Of a stretch of DNA of 64,000 nucleotides, positions 1 to 12,748 are shown one piece after another; positions within the stretch are counted from its first letter, which is position 1; the number at the start of each line of letters is the position of its first letter. Source of the stretch: Ginglymostoma cirratum (taxonomy: Eukaryota). Below the pieces are notes generated by a model. That model was not told the DNA's origin. It worked only from the letters and a program-made list of their open reading frames with translations, and did not search any database. The DNA lies in assembly GCA_024137785.1 (NCBI GenBank), contig JAHRHZ010000061.1:4746085-4810084 (forward strand), written 5' to 3'. Position numbers and translations under genes: made by a program.

Positions 1-1609
1 ATTCCTTTCAATATGAATGGATGAGAAAACGTGGGCTTTATATTTGTTTGTTTTCTCAATTATCTTCAGCTATATCTTTGTATCTGTTTCGATTTCTTCT
101 ACGGTTGTCATGTGAGCCTTGTTTGTGTCCTAACATATTTAAGTAAAGCAATTCGTTTATATTTCTATCATTTCACTGCCTTTAACATTTTTCAGTTTAT
201 CTTGTAAACCTCATGGTAGCTAAAACAAGTTGTAAATATTTTTCAGCTGCTGTTATTTGCCATTGTTTGTCTATATTTGTATTCCAGTTTACCTTTTCTA
301 GTTTAATTGCCTTTGCTCAAAATTAATTCCACATCCATGACATGACTTTGTCTTGTACATGTCTTTCTCAATTTTAACTTGAAATGTGATTTACATTGTA
401 GTACCTTGATATTCCTATATACATACCAAATTGCTCTAGGACATTTTCTACCTTGACTGACTCGCCACAAATACCACATAATTTGCTTTGTATTTAAGAA
501 ACTAGTTTTGAATGTAATTAAATCACCTTCAACCTTAATACGAAATTCATCATATAACATGATTACTCTTCCCAAGAGGACCCTTTTACTACAAGATTAT
601 TAATTAACTTTTCCTCCATTGAAGAATATTAGATCGAAATAATGTTTCCTGTTTGCTTATTTTAAATTCTTGGAAGTCTTACTGCAAATTCAATTTTCCT
701 AGTCTCTGACCTTGCTTACTATTTTAAATGTGCCTCAAATCTATTGATTTATACGATCTTGTAGTACAACTGTTGGAAATATGTTTATTATTTTAAGCAT
801 TTCTGATCTTTTTAAAGCCACCATTGCTGTATTGGCTATTGATACATGCATACAGGGGGGAATATTCCTGTGCACTTTCACTTGGGGACAGGTCCAATCT
901 GCGAATAAAGCAAATAGGGGATCAAGAACAGTTGAGCACAAGCCGTATTCACATTTCTTCCTTGTTATTTCACTAATCTATGGATCATTGAATGTATCTC
1001 AGTGAAGATCTGCCTCCAAGTTTTAAAAAAAAATACACAAACTTCTTTGGAAACAGATATAAAATTTAAGCCAAGAAAGTTTGGAGGGCAAGAAACAAAG
1101 ATATTTTTATGCTGTGTTCATTTTTTTTCTTCCTCACTTAGAAATATAATTGGAAATTATGCATGTTTGTTTCAATGGATTTTCTGGTGTCAGCAGGACA
1201 AGTCGTCATGTTTAAAAATTTAAAAGCTTCAGCAATTATAAATTATGCCTGCTGTTCCTAATGAGCTGGTCTCAGGTAGATAATTTGAAATTTCAACTTT
1301 ATAAGCTTTTAACTTTCCTTGGATTCCATTGATTTCCAGCTGTGTATCCATGCTTTTAGATTTTAGCATATGTTATAGTTATTGTAAGGAAATTTTGAGT
1401 ATAAATAGGCATCAGCAAAATGGTTGCATCAGTGACTGTGTAACTTTGGGTACAGCTTTCTAGTTATTACTTCACAAGTAATTCAACCCAATGTTTTGTA
1501 TGGTCAATATACCTTTTTTTAAAAAATCTAAAAGTCTTTATGAAATAATACTTGGTAAATTCTACATACAGAACTAGGGTGGGTGTTGTCTGGCAGGATT
1601 CTACTTGTT

Positions 1610-1995
1610 ACAACTAGGGCAGAGAATTCCATTGAATCTTGACCTTCCGAGTGAAGAAATTCCTCATTTTATCGCAGGCCTTAATGACCTGTCCCTCATT
1701 CCGAGATTGTGTATCCTAAACTTCAGAGAATCATGGCTCAGTCTTTTTAACCTTTCCTTTAAACGGAATTCCCTCCTTTCCCATGGGATTAGGTTGGTGA
1801 ACTTTGTTGCACTCCCTGTGTTGCAGATACGTCTTTCCATAGATCATGAGACCAAAACTACATGTAATATTCCAGATGTGGTCTCAACAAGACTCTATAA
1901 TTGCAGGAAGGGTTCTAAGTTTCTCTGCTCAAATTCTGTTGTAATATAGACTGACATAGTTGAGTGCTGTGCCTGCATGTTAACCATCTGTAACT
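1610..1995 (-). mobile_element. Decayed CR1-type LINE 3' fragment
   Basis: gtgaactttgttgcactccc...gagaccaaaactacatgtaatattccagatgtggtctc is the reverse complement of the RPHLEYCVQFWSP coding region. Confidence 0.65.
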
Positions 1996-3484
1996 TTCAT
2001 CAAACTACATTGGATAAATGGCTGAACCCCGTCAGGAAATCCATTCAGTGTCTCAAGTGAAGTGTAAATAAATACTCTTATAAGAACTGTCTGAGTACAG
2101 ATCAGCTAAAGGCTTCTACGTTTTTCGTTTCATATGCTAGATGACATGGGGGGGAAATGATTTTTTGAAGCAGTATACAAGAATAAAGAAACCATCAATA
2201 AATGTCAACGGACTAGTAATTCCCTAGATTAGGTTATAACATTCAAGTCAAGCCAAACTAGTTGATGATTTACATAACACACATACTGTCGAGTTGAATA
2301 GTGGCTTTGTTCAGTTCTGGATTTGTTTCTGAACTAATTGATTTCCATTGCTTTGGAAAATGTTTTGCAAAGTGTTGTTGCATGTAATGGTTACACAGCG
2401 GTGCAAAACTGAGAGAAATTCTTTCAATTTTCTCGTCAAATTTATCTGCCAGTTCACAGTATTTTCTTGAAGACATACCATATCCCTTTCCTGGGATATG
2501 GTTTAATAGATGCTGTTTGATCTCTGTTACCTCTGTGATCATTTAAGCTATTGTATCAATGCTATTACAGCTGAGTCAGGTCCTGTCCCAACTGTACCTA
2601 ACATACCTACGTATCAAAAGAGCAGCTAAATACAAAGGAGAAATTTAAACCCTGATCAGTTCCTAGTTGATTAGCTAATGCTGCATATAGTTATTTACAC
2701 AGTCACTCGAAGCAATAAATTGGCACTTGATTTAGCTAATTTAGCAGCTGCAGCCCCCTACATTCGTCATTGTCCAATTTTTGGCAGGAGATTTAAACAG
2801 TCATTGGGTTCTTCATTTACATTTGTAAGGGACAAGCCCATTTATGATGTGAATAATGATGATTTACCTTAGTAAATATTTGATCAGATTATTCAAGTAC
2901 GTTTTGGGTGTGGATCTCAAGAGTAGCAACAGCTATCTGGTCAGATTCTTGTGTACATGTACTGTGTGGATACCTATTACCTATAATTGATGGATTCTGT
3001 CAGTACAAAGCAACGTGCACATTATGAAGTGCAAAACGATTTGTTATAATCTGGCTGCAAATAATATTTAGATCAACTAGTAAATACAAAAGCTATTGCA
3101 TGGAATTCAATGGCGTTTTGCGAAATGTAGCTGATTGATTGATTTTTGGCACTTCCTAAAATTTCATGGAAGAAAAATATTTTACTTATTGAAAATATTT
3201 TTGTTATCAAACCATCCTATCCCTACAAGTCTCCTGTATATTGGTCCTGAAATTTTGTGGATGTTGTACTAGCGTTCTCTAGTAATGTCCTGAGATGACT
3301 GATTAAAACCTAGATACAAGGTTTCCACTGTTTTTTGGTGGTAAGGGTTGGAGGTGTAATTCAGTAGATCTTCTGCTGGAATGAAACATGAAGACAAACC
3401 TCCACTGAATTTCAAGGCTAATCTAACTTTAAGGAAGTTGGAATCTGGCATTATTTTTAATAACATGACCTATTTTAATTACAG

Positions 3485-3553
3485 CATCCAAGCTGCCATC
3501 ATCAGCCAGTCCGTCCTTCCCATCAAAACCTGTGCCTAAATCTGGCCCAGCAG
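3485..3553 (+). CDS. Exon S1, 69 bp, ASKLPSSASPSFPSKPVPKSGPA; GC donor
   Basis: ttttaattacag acceptor; CAG|gcaagt donor (GC-AG consensus); 23 codons open in phase 1; P/S-rich. Confidence 0.6.
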
Positions 3554-4847
3554 GCAAGTTCAGAAGTATTTTTCAAATAATTAACATAGGAATATATTTC
3601 ATCAGGATTATTGCTCAAAGTACAGTATGCATACTGCTGGTAATTATAAACATACGTATATGCAACACAGAAATAAATGAAATTCTGAAGAATTGCTTCC
3701 AAATATTTTGAATTGCACCAAAGTATTATATAAACCTTTGTAACTTGATGGAACTTAACTTTACAACTTCAGATTATAAATTGCTGCTTAAAAGCGGTTT
3801 GAGTGATTTTCCTCTTGGGTAAAAACTTAAGTTTACAGAAACCTATTTTAAGCACAGATCTATGTAACAGAACAATTATTTGTGTCCCTCTTTTACATCT
3901 TTTCGCTAATTTTCATGTAGAATTGTACAACTTATTTGAACTCTTCAATAGGTGCAGTGCAAACTTTAGATCCTCCTAACCTTTGGCTGCCTAGCGTAGA
4001 GTTCATGCAAGCGATTATCCAAGTACTTTTGGATCCTGCTGAAAAGAATTAATCATTGTCTTGACGTGAAGTTTATTAACATGCCAGAACATTAGAATTG
4101 ATTGTATTAATTGAGTGAACTGATGCCATTTTTAACAAATTGACCGAAAATGTTTAAAAATGAGAATTGTTTGTTTGCATCTTTTCACTAAATCAAACAC
4201 ACGGCAACTTGATGCTCGCATGAAATATATCATGTAGTCAGTACCCAACACTACTTGGCCGAACATGTATACTGTTTCTTTATTGTCATGAAACCATATC
4301 TGAATTTTTTTATCTCTGTTTTGACAATGTCGCTGAAAATAGCTAACAAAGCAAATATTCCCTGGCCTATTCTTTCTTTGGATTCATTTTCCAGTATGCT
4401 TGTGGTATTATTTTGGAAATGTGTTCTGTAACTAGTCCCTCAGTGATGTTTGCATGAAATGTATTTTCTGTCAATTATCAAACTTGTATTCAACATATTG
4501 TTCAGTTACAATATTCACCACTCACCGAAGGAAAAGGGAAATGTAATGTCACCTTGCAGACATCTGTATTTCGCTATGTAGTGTTGCATGGCTTTATACA
4601 GTAACATGGTGTGTATGTGGTATAAATTTCTCTTTTGTTGGCATTGTGTTTTATGGTTGGAGTGCCATAATTTCTTTGATAACATCCAGAGGTTCTGCCT
4701 AACTTGTTATGGCCAAATAATGAGAATTTGCATCTGTTACTGTCGAGCTTAAGTTACCACACGTGGAGGAGCCATCAGTATTCTAACATTGCGGCTTCAT
4801 TTAGTGTCTTGGATAATTTTATACCTCTTCTCTGAAAAACATTGCAG

Positions 4848-4922
4848 AAATTCAGATACCAGTTTTCCTCACTCCAAGCCCCCCTTCTCAACTTGATACC
4901 ACGGATAAGCAGCAACCCACAG
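4848..4922 (+). CDS. Exon S2, 75 bp, EIQIPVFLTPSPPSQLDTTDKQQPT
   Basis: acattgcag acceptor, ACAG|gtagat donor, 25 codons, similar to other S exons. Confidence 0.75.
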
Positions 4923-5782
4923 GTAGATTCAATTACTGAAAAATCTGGAGTGTTATTTCATTAGTGATATGTACTTTAATGCCTATAAATGCATCAAAGT
5001 TTGCTTATTTTGCATGACTGAGGCTTTAGATGTAACATTGAATTTGGAAGTATAAATTTTAATGCTTCATACTTATTGCTTTATAAAACAAATGATCAAG
5101 TTTTTTTAAGCTAGATTTTTGGTTCATAAAACGGTATTTGCATAATTTAGATGCATTATTTTCCAAATATTTTGAGCGGACACAATGAACCCTGTTTTCA
5201 ACTCACGGCCTGTGGCTGAGAAGATGGATGAGGTAATTTGCATTAAGATTTTTCCGAATGCTATTTGGATTGACTCCGGGAAGTGTGATAGAATGATCTA
5301 GTATGGTTTCTTTATCCTCTACTACTCCCTATGTGGGCATTTGCTAAACCCAATCTTATCATTTCCTTGGAAACTCCATGCAGATCAGAACTTCAGCAAT
5401 AAGGAGGATCACATGTTTGGACCCGTATCCTCTGTCCTATATGATGCTTTAAAGGATTTCCATCAAGAAGAGTTGTGTCCATTTTAAGCAATTCTAGCTG
5501 TTCACTTGCCTGAACTGTATTTGGACTCTCAGATCACAATACAATACATGGAATTACATTTGGAATTTTTAAGCATCTATCCTGCTCAGTAAACAGCAGG
5601 ATGCTCTATGAATTGGCCAATGCGCTATTATTGCACTTGTCTGTACATAGTGTTTGTATGTTGAAATGCAAATTAGGTTCCACTTTCAGTTAACTTATGA
5701 TAAATTCTTTTTCCAATGATGTCGGTTTCTCTCTGCTTGACCAGCAAACTGTTTCAATGTATTTTTCTAAAATGCATTACAG

Positions 5783-5875
5783 AACCTGTGACAACACCAC
5801 CTTCTACCACTTTGCCATTCACTATATTAAGTACAACTTCTGGTCACACTGCTGTGGACAAGCAGCATCTCCCAG
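5783..5875 (+). CDS. Exon S3, 93 bp, EPVTTPPSTTLPFTILSTTSGHTAVDKQHLP
   Basis: cattacag acceptor, CCAG|gtagtt donor, 31 codons, T/S/P-rich. Confidence 0.8.
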
Positions 5876-6389
5876 GTAGTTCTGATAATAACTTTCTAGA
5901 AAAGATGTGATTGTGTGTGGTGGTGAATTATTTTGTGATCTGTTCCAAATCAATTTGCAACATCTTGTGTGTATTTTCATTTTTTCATTTCAACTGGTGA
6001 AATTACATTTTGATGCAGTAGTCATTGCTGAGCGTATATTTAAAGCCTTGTGAGAAGTTACTGTAGCCATTCTGTCAATCAGCGAGCAGGAAAACATCAC
6101 ACATTTGAAATACTTTCATTTTTGTCAAGTTTCTCTCTTGGAAAACATAGACCTTTTCTCTATCTGTCCTTCGATAAATTTGAGTTGATAATCTTGGTAT
6201 GAATTTTCCTACTAGCATGTTCTGAAATCTGATTATTTAAACTTTAGTTTGTGAGAACCTAATATTGGAACTGGGAGACTGTGAACCTTGAACAAACACA
6301 GAACTTACTTTTTGCAAAGGTCAGTGACAGCCAGTCACAGTTTGACAGCCATATCCTTGATCTCATGACTGCACATGTAGCTCCTCAAC

Positions 6390-6485
6390 AACAAGCACAG
6401 AAATTGTTGGAGAAACTTGGCAGGTCTGTCAGCATTTGTGGAGAGAAAGCAAAGTTAACATTTAGGGTCCAGTGACTCTTCCCTC
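6390..6485 (-). mobile_element. Partial, degenerate Penelope-type repeat arm
   Basis: cagaaattgttggagaaacttggcaggtctgtcagcatttgtggagag...gttaacatttagggtccagtgactcttc matches the arms at 15275 and 33400. Confidence 0.7.
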
Positions 6486-6843
6486 TAATCTCAGCTTTTG
6501 TTGTGTAGGATGCCGAATGAAGAATGTGTTTAAATGTGTGGACTTACTGTTTTGGATTCATTGTCATATTTGAATCAATGCCTTTTCCTTTTAAACATAT
6601 GGTTAATTAATCATATTAGTGGTAAGGTTTAATGCCTATTTACTAAATTTAATTGCTTAGAATATAACCTTTTTCTGACCAGCCTAATTTTGATGTGATC
6701 TATATTTGTTATGTTATGACTTCTTATTGTACCAAATTTGCTATGTTAGTTTACTTAATTTGTGGAAGTTATTTGTTTTCTCCTAATGTATCATGCAGCA
6801 ACCCAGGTAAAATCCGCCAACAGTTAATTTTTATTCACTTCAG

Positions 6844-6888
6844 GCACGACATCTGCTATAGATCCTGTGGAAACCCAGAAGTTCTCAG
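6844..6888 (+). CDS. Exon S4, 45 bp, GTTSAIDPVETQKFS (3' half of a 90 bp block 6799-6888)
   Basis: tttttattcacttcag acceptor, TCAG|gtagtt donor; use of the upstream AG (6797-6798) would include an in-frame TAA. Confidence 0.55.
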
Positions 6889-7967
6889 GTAGTTGTAAAA
6901 AGAGCTAATGTGGATGAGAGTTTTTTCTTAATTGCAACAAAATGCATGTTCTATTTATCAACAACTGTCAGTTGTAATGCTTTTGCATCTCCTAAGGATT
7001 TGAATATTATTAACTAATGTGGTGCATGTCCAGTACACACTATACAAAATATGCTTTTACAGAGCGCCAACTTGTCATTGGCTGTCAAGAGTTAATTGAA
7101 TGCATTGTTATGGAATCAATAAATGTTATGATTGTCTGTCTCATTATTTAATCAGTGTGCTTGCATGAAGCGTATTACATGGACACTAAAATCTTGCATG
7201 TAAATAAGTCAAAGTCAACAAATTTGGTGGAATACTACAAAGTATTATATTTTCTTGGTTCATTTTCACTTCCACGATATAAATCTATTCCTCCTACTTT
7301 TTTATTTGGTTGTATCTTTCTGTATATGTCTGCTTACAATGACTGCCTCACCAAAAGGGAAGATGTGTGGTCTGTGTCCAAGCTAAAGCCAATGGTGTTT
7401 AAATGTATCCATACGTGGTATAAAATGGCACATCTATTAGCCTGCCCCTTAGTCATCTTATTTTCCATCAGAAAAGTATTTTCTATTATCTTTTTCTTTT
7501 CTGATACAGTTCAAGCATTGCAACATGGAGATTCACAGTCCATATTTACTTTCTACAAGTGTGTTTACACAGTGATACCTAAACGTACCATTTAAGGAAG
7601 ATAGGAAGAAAAGATGAGCTGGTCCATCAAGCCTACCCCAACTTGAACCAAATGGGGGGGATCCCAGGACCAGGAAGAAGGAAAATTTGGCAAGTCTTTT
7701 TTTTCTCCAATGGAAATTGATCTGGACAATTACATTGACCAAGCGTTATTTATCAAGATATTTTCCTTCATGCTGTGACCTTTGTCCCATATCAAGCACC
7801 AGTATGGATATCACTACCTCTGAGGAAGGAGAGCCCATGTATCATTCCATCTATTTCTATTCTTTTGTATAACTTTAAACATTGTCCTTTTGGTACTCTA
7901 CAATAAAACTGTCATTGAGGGTTCCAAGAAAACATGATGTCACTGGAAATTCAGAATTCTCCATACG

Positions 7968-8156
7968 GAACAAAAACAAAATACTGTGGATCCGGAAATC
8001 TAAAATACAAGCAGAAAGTACTAGAGGAAACTTAGCAGTTCTGGCAGTATTTGTGGGGAGAGAAACAGAGGTGACATTTTGAGTCCAACATAACATTTTG
8101 GAACTTAAGTTGCTGCCAGACATGCTGAGTTTTTCCAGTGCATTCTGTTTTATTTT
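7968..8156. mobile_element. Degenerate palindromic Penelope-type repeat
   Basis: cttagcagttctggcagtat ... gctgccagacatgctgagtttttccag inverted arms. Confidence 0.65.
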
Positions 8157-9011
8157 AACAAAAGTCTTTGTGCGCTGAACAGTTGTCATCACTATCCTTC
8201 TGGACGGAAACGAGACCGGTACTATGTTTCACGTGCAAGAATACTGTAGAGATTCTTTCAGCAGTACCTCTGCAACATCCTCTGGATTCAATGGAAGAGC
8301 TGTCAAACCAATACTAATGTCCACATGGGTAAAAGTCATTTCCCCTGCACGTTCTTACTTTCTTGATTATAAAATGGCCAAAGCTTCAAGGAAGAACAGA
8401 GAGGACATACACTGAAGCTCTTCTTGGAACCTAGTAACATTGACACTAATAATGGGGAGGAGCTTTCTGTGGTCACTAGCAACAACCCACCCATCAAATT
8501 GCCACACTTCAAGTTCTAATGCCTTAGTGGTGATAGAGTGACAGAAAAAGAAATAAATCCTACACTTTGGATCCTAATATCTTGTGAGATATCCCATGTG
8601 GACAAAGACCAATGGATTGAAAATTAGCCTGTTGTCAAAAGCAGAAACGTGATCTTCAATAAATGTTCTGCTCAAAATGAGGGATAGCTGATGATGAAAT
8701 CTCCCTTGCTCCAGAGTACTTAGACAAGGTCTTTAAGCCTGCATCAGTATTTGAGTCTCCTCAAGCTAAGAATCATTCTCGTGATTTCCACTGATCCTTT
8801 TTTGAAGGTCACTGTTTCATTAATGATGTGGTGATACCAAGTGTGGACATAGTGCTTTTAAAATCCTCTCTGACCAACAACGAGTATAGTGATAGAATTT
8901 GTATCTTTTGATTTTATGCTGAATGGTTTAATTAATACACCACAATGTCCCCTGAACTTAACACTTAACCTTTTTCTCTCAAACTCATTCAACCATGTTT
9001 TCTGCAAATAA

Positions 9012-9710
9012 TAGGAACATAGAAAGCAAATGCAGAACTAGACCATTCAGCTCCTCGAGCGGGTTCTGCCATTCAAATGGATTGAGGTCAAGCTTCTCAA
9101 TGCCATCTTCCTGCATTATCCCCATATCCATTGATATCTTTAAGGGCTAGAAATCTATAACTTTAGCTTGAGTATAATCATTGATTTGAGCCTTTACTAC
9201 CCTCTAGGGCAGAGAATTTCAAAGATTCAAAGGAATTTCCCCCGTCTTCGGAGTCCTTTTATTCTGAGACCCTGTGCCTGGTTCTAGACTCCACAGTTAG
9301 AAACACCATTTCAATACCTATCCTGTTGCACCCTGGAAAGATTTGTACACTTCAATGAGATTTCCTCTCTTCTAAATGCTAAAGACTATTAGAACCAGCT
9401 CCTCAGTCTGTCCACAAAGGACAAGTTCACCATGCCAGGGACTGAACCTTCATTGCAGTCCCTCTGTCGGAAGTATATCCATCCTTGGCTAAGCAGTCCA
9501 AACTTGTACACTCTATTCCAGGTGTGGCCTCATAATTACATACAATTTTGTACAATTGCAACACAATTCCTTTATCCCGTACCCAAATCCTTTTGCAGTT
9601 AAAGCCAACATCCCATTTGCTTTCCTTTTTGCTTGCTGCCCCTGCATGCTAGCATTCAGTGACTTATGAAGCTGTGCACCCAGGTCCCTTTTGGACATCA
9701 TCACATCCCA
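9012..9710 (-). mobile_element. CR1-type LINE 3' fragment
   Basis: Minus ORF 9513-9704 (RDLG...RKANGMLA...RPHLE) is CR1 ORF2 C-terminal; tail aggaacatagaa. Confidence 0.8.
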
Positions 9711-9714
9711 AAAT

Positions 9715-10107
9715 GAGGGATGAATAAGAGGTGTATAAGAACCAGAACAAATTTGACAAGGCGTACATGGGAAGGATGTTTCCTATTTTGGTGAGTCCAG
9801 AATTAGAGAGCCCTTTTAAAAAAATTGGGGCTCTTCCATTCTGGCCAGAGATGGGGATAATTTTTTTTCTATCAGATGGTTATGTGATGTTGGAATTTTC
9901 TGCCTCTGAGGTAGTGGAGGTAAACTCATTGAAGATTTTTAAGGTGTAGGTAGGTAGGTAGATTCTTATTAGGCAGGTACATCAAAGTTTATTGGGGTAG
10001 ATGGGAATATAGAATTCAAAACCCAAACAGCTGTGAACTTATTTAATGACTGAGTAGGCACTAGGATCTAAATAGCCTGCTTCTGCTCCTAATCTGTGTG
10101 TTTCTAT
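9715..10107 (+). mobile_element. Decayed CR1-type LINE 3' fragment
   Basis: gggaaggatgtttcct...ggaattttctgcctctgaggtagtggagg...aatagcctgcttctgctcctaat CR1-type 3' end. Confidence 0.65.
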
Positions 10108-10545
10108 TCCACTGAGGAGCTTTCATTTCTCTTTGTAGCAATCTTTGCATATTCCGTGTCACTAACATGTATTTACATATATATATCAGTTTTTATTTTG
10201 GCTAAAGGAAATAATCCACATCAATATTGATCCAACTTTCTTTTTAAGAATTATTATTCTACTCCACATCAGGTTTTCTTTTATAACTGGAAGTCCATTT
10301 CATGCATCCACTACTCTGCAGAAATGAAAATCTCTTCCTTAATCTCATTGAACGTTTGTGATGACTTGTTTTTTGTTCTTAGTCAAGATAATCCTGCTTG
10401 TGTTGCATCAACTCACTGCACCAAAGTGCTGTGCATTGCCATGTTATTCAATGCTATTCTACTTCACTCAACCATAAATGTCATGCATAAATTAACATGC
10501 GTAAGTTCAGAGTATTTATTTGCTTTCTTTGAAACAAAATTGCAG

Positions 10546-10626
10546 AACCCGAGATACCATCATCCAGCCATGGACCTTTCCATCCAACATCAGATCTTGA
10601 TGCCATGAATAATCAGGAATTCACAG
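10546..10626 (+). CDS. Exon S5, 81 bp, EPEIPSSSHGPFHPTSDLDAMNNQEFT
   Basis: aaattgcag acceptor, ACAG|gtagtt donor, 27 codons; 3' end closely matches S8. Confidence 0.85.
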
Positions 10627-10761
10627 GTAGTTCAGTGATGCATCAGTATGTAGGCTACGTCTTTCAGCATAAATAATGCTTGCATTTTCAGTGTACTGCG
10701 CATACGTATATGGCATTGCTATCATTTTTAACTTGTTCATAGGTTATAAATTTCAAGGTTG

Positions 10762-10894
10762 NNNNNNNNNNNNNNNNNNNNNNNNNNNNNNNNNNNNNNN
10801 NNNNNNNNNNNNNNNNNNNNNNNNNNNNNNNNNNNNNNNNNNNNNNNNNNNNNNNNNNNNNNNNNNNNNNNNNNNNNNNNNNNNNNNNNNNNNN
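10762..10894. other. Assembly gap (133 N)
   Basis: Run of N. Confidence 1.
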
Positions 10895-12685
10895 CTCCAA
10901 GTGTTTCCATACTAGGTATTTGGTCAAAAATTATCCAAAGAATACTTCAATAATGCAGTAAAATACCAAAGATGATTGGATGATTTGATTTATTCCTTCA
11001 GAAAATATGTAGACAAATGATCTATTCACAGGTATTTGCCTGTGGACTACTTTGAACAGGTTCTGTAGAGATGTGAAAGAAAACTGGGCTGATTTTTCTT
11101 GCCTGTGGGTCAGGAGTTCTAACTCTATTTCAAACCTATCTGACTGAAATTGACAGTACACTACATGAGAAACCATTAAACGTAAAATTTTTTTGTTGCT
11201 CGTACAGTGTATTGTTGCATCAAAGCATTGTATATGTTGCAATCTGAATTCATTTGAAATTGTTGTGATCACAGTTTTGGCCATTGGAAAGTGTTGTTTA
11301 CAATGTCTATGCTGAATTAAGGAATTTGAGGTTTTAATGTATTTTATTCACAGTACAATGGCAAGCATCTTTTCAAAGTGATATGGACATTTCTAGTACA
11401 TTGCTTGTGCTCGTTTATACTGCAAAGTATATGCCAATAATACTGATCTTAGAATGTTATAATGTTTGTATTTTGCACGTGTTCCATATTGGAAGCATTA
11501 AAATCTAAGGATTGAGGAACGCAGCGTTTTCTTTTTAAAAAAAAAAAAAATGTCCTGGTGAATTAATTGTAATATGTGGTCAAGATGAGAAAACCTGTCT
11601 TGACCTACCTTGAACTGTTATAGTTCTTTCCAGTGTAGTCTCTGCTTTTGTTCTTTGACTTGTATCTCTCGGTGAATTCATAATTTTTTTTATTTCCTAA
11701 CCTTTCCTAACAGAAAGGTGTTCTGCCCTCTGAAAATTTAACTTTTGAACAAAACTAGAAATCAATTTTTCCAATTTTGGGAATATTCTTCCCACTTATC
11801 CTAATTTTTTTTTTTAGAATAATTAATGCCATGAGGTATTCCAAGTGGAAATCTTAGTTTTTCTATTGGGACTTCTGAACATGCTCTGCATGCACACTGA
11901 CTTGCTGCTCAGGCAGCCATTGATTTTACAGGGCAGCTACCGTATCTATCCCTCCATTCACGGTCAAAATGTTACTGTCACTTTGGTTTCCCCTTTTTAG
12001 CATCATTTCTGGCTTCAGTCTCCCAGTTGTTGCTCTTTTTGAGAATTATAGACTGCTATATGTTTCCACAGGATGTCTTGTGAGATAAGAATTTTTTTTA
12101 TCAATAAACATAATAAAATGAGGTGTAGCAATAGCGAGGATTGGTGAGGAGAAAAGCACAAGAAAAGAAGATAAAATATAATACTGGCACCAAAAGAAAG
12201 GTATCAGAATAAACTGTGGGGGTGCAGGTGGGCATCAAGAACTCAGAGTAGGGAAGAGGATGCTTGGGATGGAGAAGGACCAGAATGTCAGTTTGAATTG
12301 AAAAAAAGAGAGGCTCAGCATGAAGTGAGCATGAGGACAGAGAGTTCCTTTACAAAGTGAATGTTAACTGAAAAATTAGCTATCATCATAGTGCTTGAAG
12401 TCCTTGAGTGTCCATCGTTATCCTTGTCTATGTTTTCTTTTCTCCACTATTGGGAAAGAAGTAGTTCCTTAGCTTCTTTCTCAGATTGTCAAGTTTAACT
12501 ATCTGCTTCCCAATACAGCATCATTACTTCAAAGCAGTTTTCTGTCACTCTTGTTGCATAGCTTATTTGTGCTTCATTCCATTACACTGGTTTGGATAAT
12601 GTCTTGGTCGCCCAAAAATATTACATTTGATTTTCATCATAGTGCTCACATCAGTTTTACTTGCTTTATTGGAAAAGGATTACAG

Positions 12686-12748
12686 AATTTAAGTTATGAT
12701 CCTCCGACGTATCATTCGTCACTCCAACTTCTGAACCTGTTGCCCCAG
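12686..12748 (+). pseudogene. Probable dead S-type exon, 63 bp, EFKL*SSDVSFVTPTSEPVAP
   Basis: ttacag acceptor and TSEP motif like the other exons, but in-frame TGA and CCAG|gcatgt donor. Confidence 0.55.

Noticed and set aside
2571-2625. Possible exon AESGPVPTVPNIPT after ttacag
   Set aside because: No good donor gives a multiple-of-3 length, and the frame reaches TAA.
5177-5232. Strong donor GAG|gtaatt with a short open frame
   Set aside because: Poor acceptor (gag), 56 bp, not phase-compatible with the array.
5384-5455. 72 bp open block after catgcag
   Set aside because: No GT/GC donor and no clear homology; could be a relic but cannot be supported.
7155-7595. 146 aa ORF
   Set aside because: AT-rich intronic composition, no recognisable motif; likely a chance ORF.
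12698-12700. In-frame TGA as selenocysteine
   Set aside because: No SECIS evidence, non-catalytic low-complexity context and a weak donor; decay is the simpler explanation.
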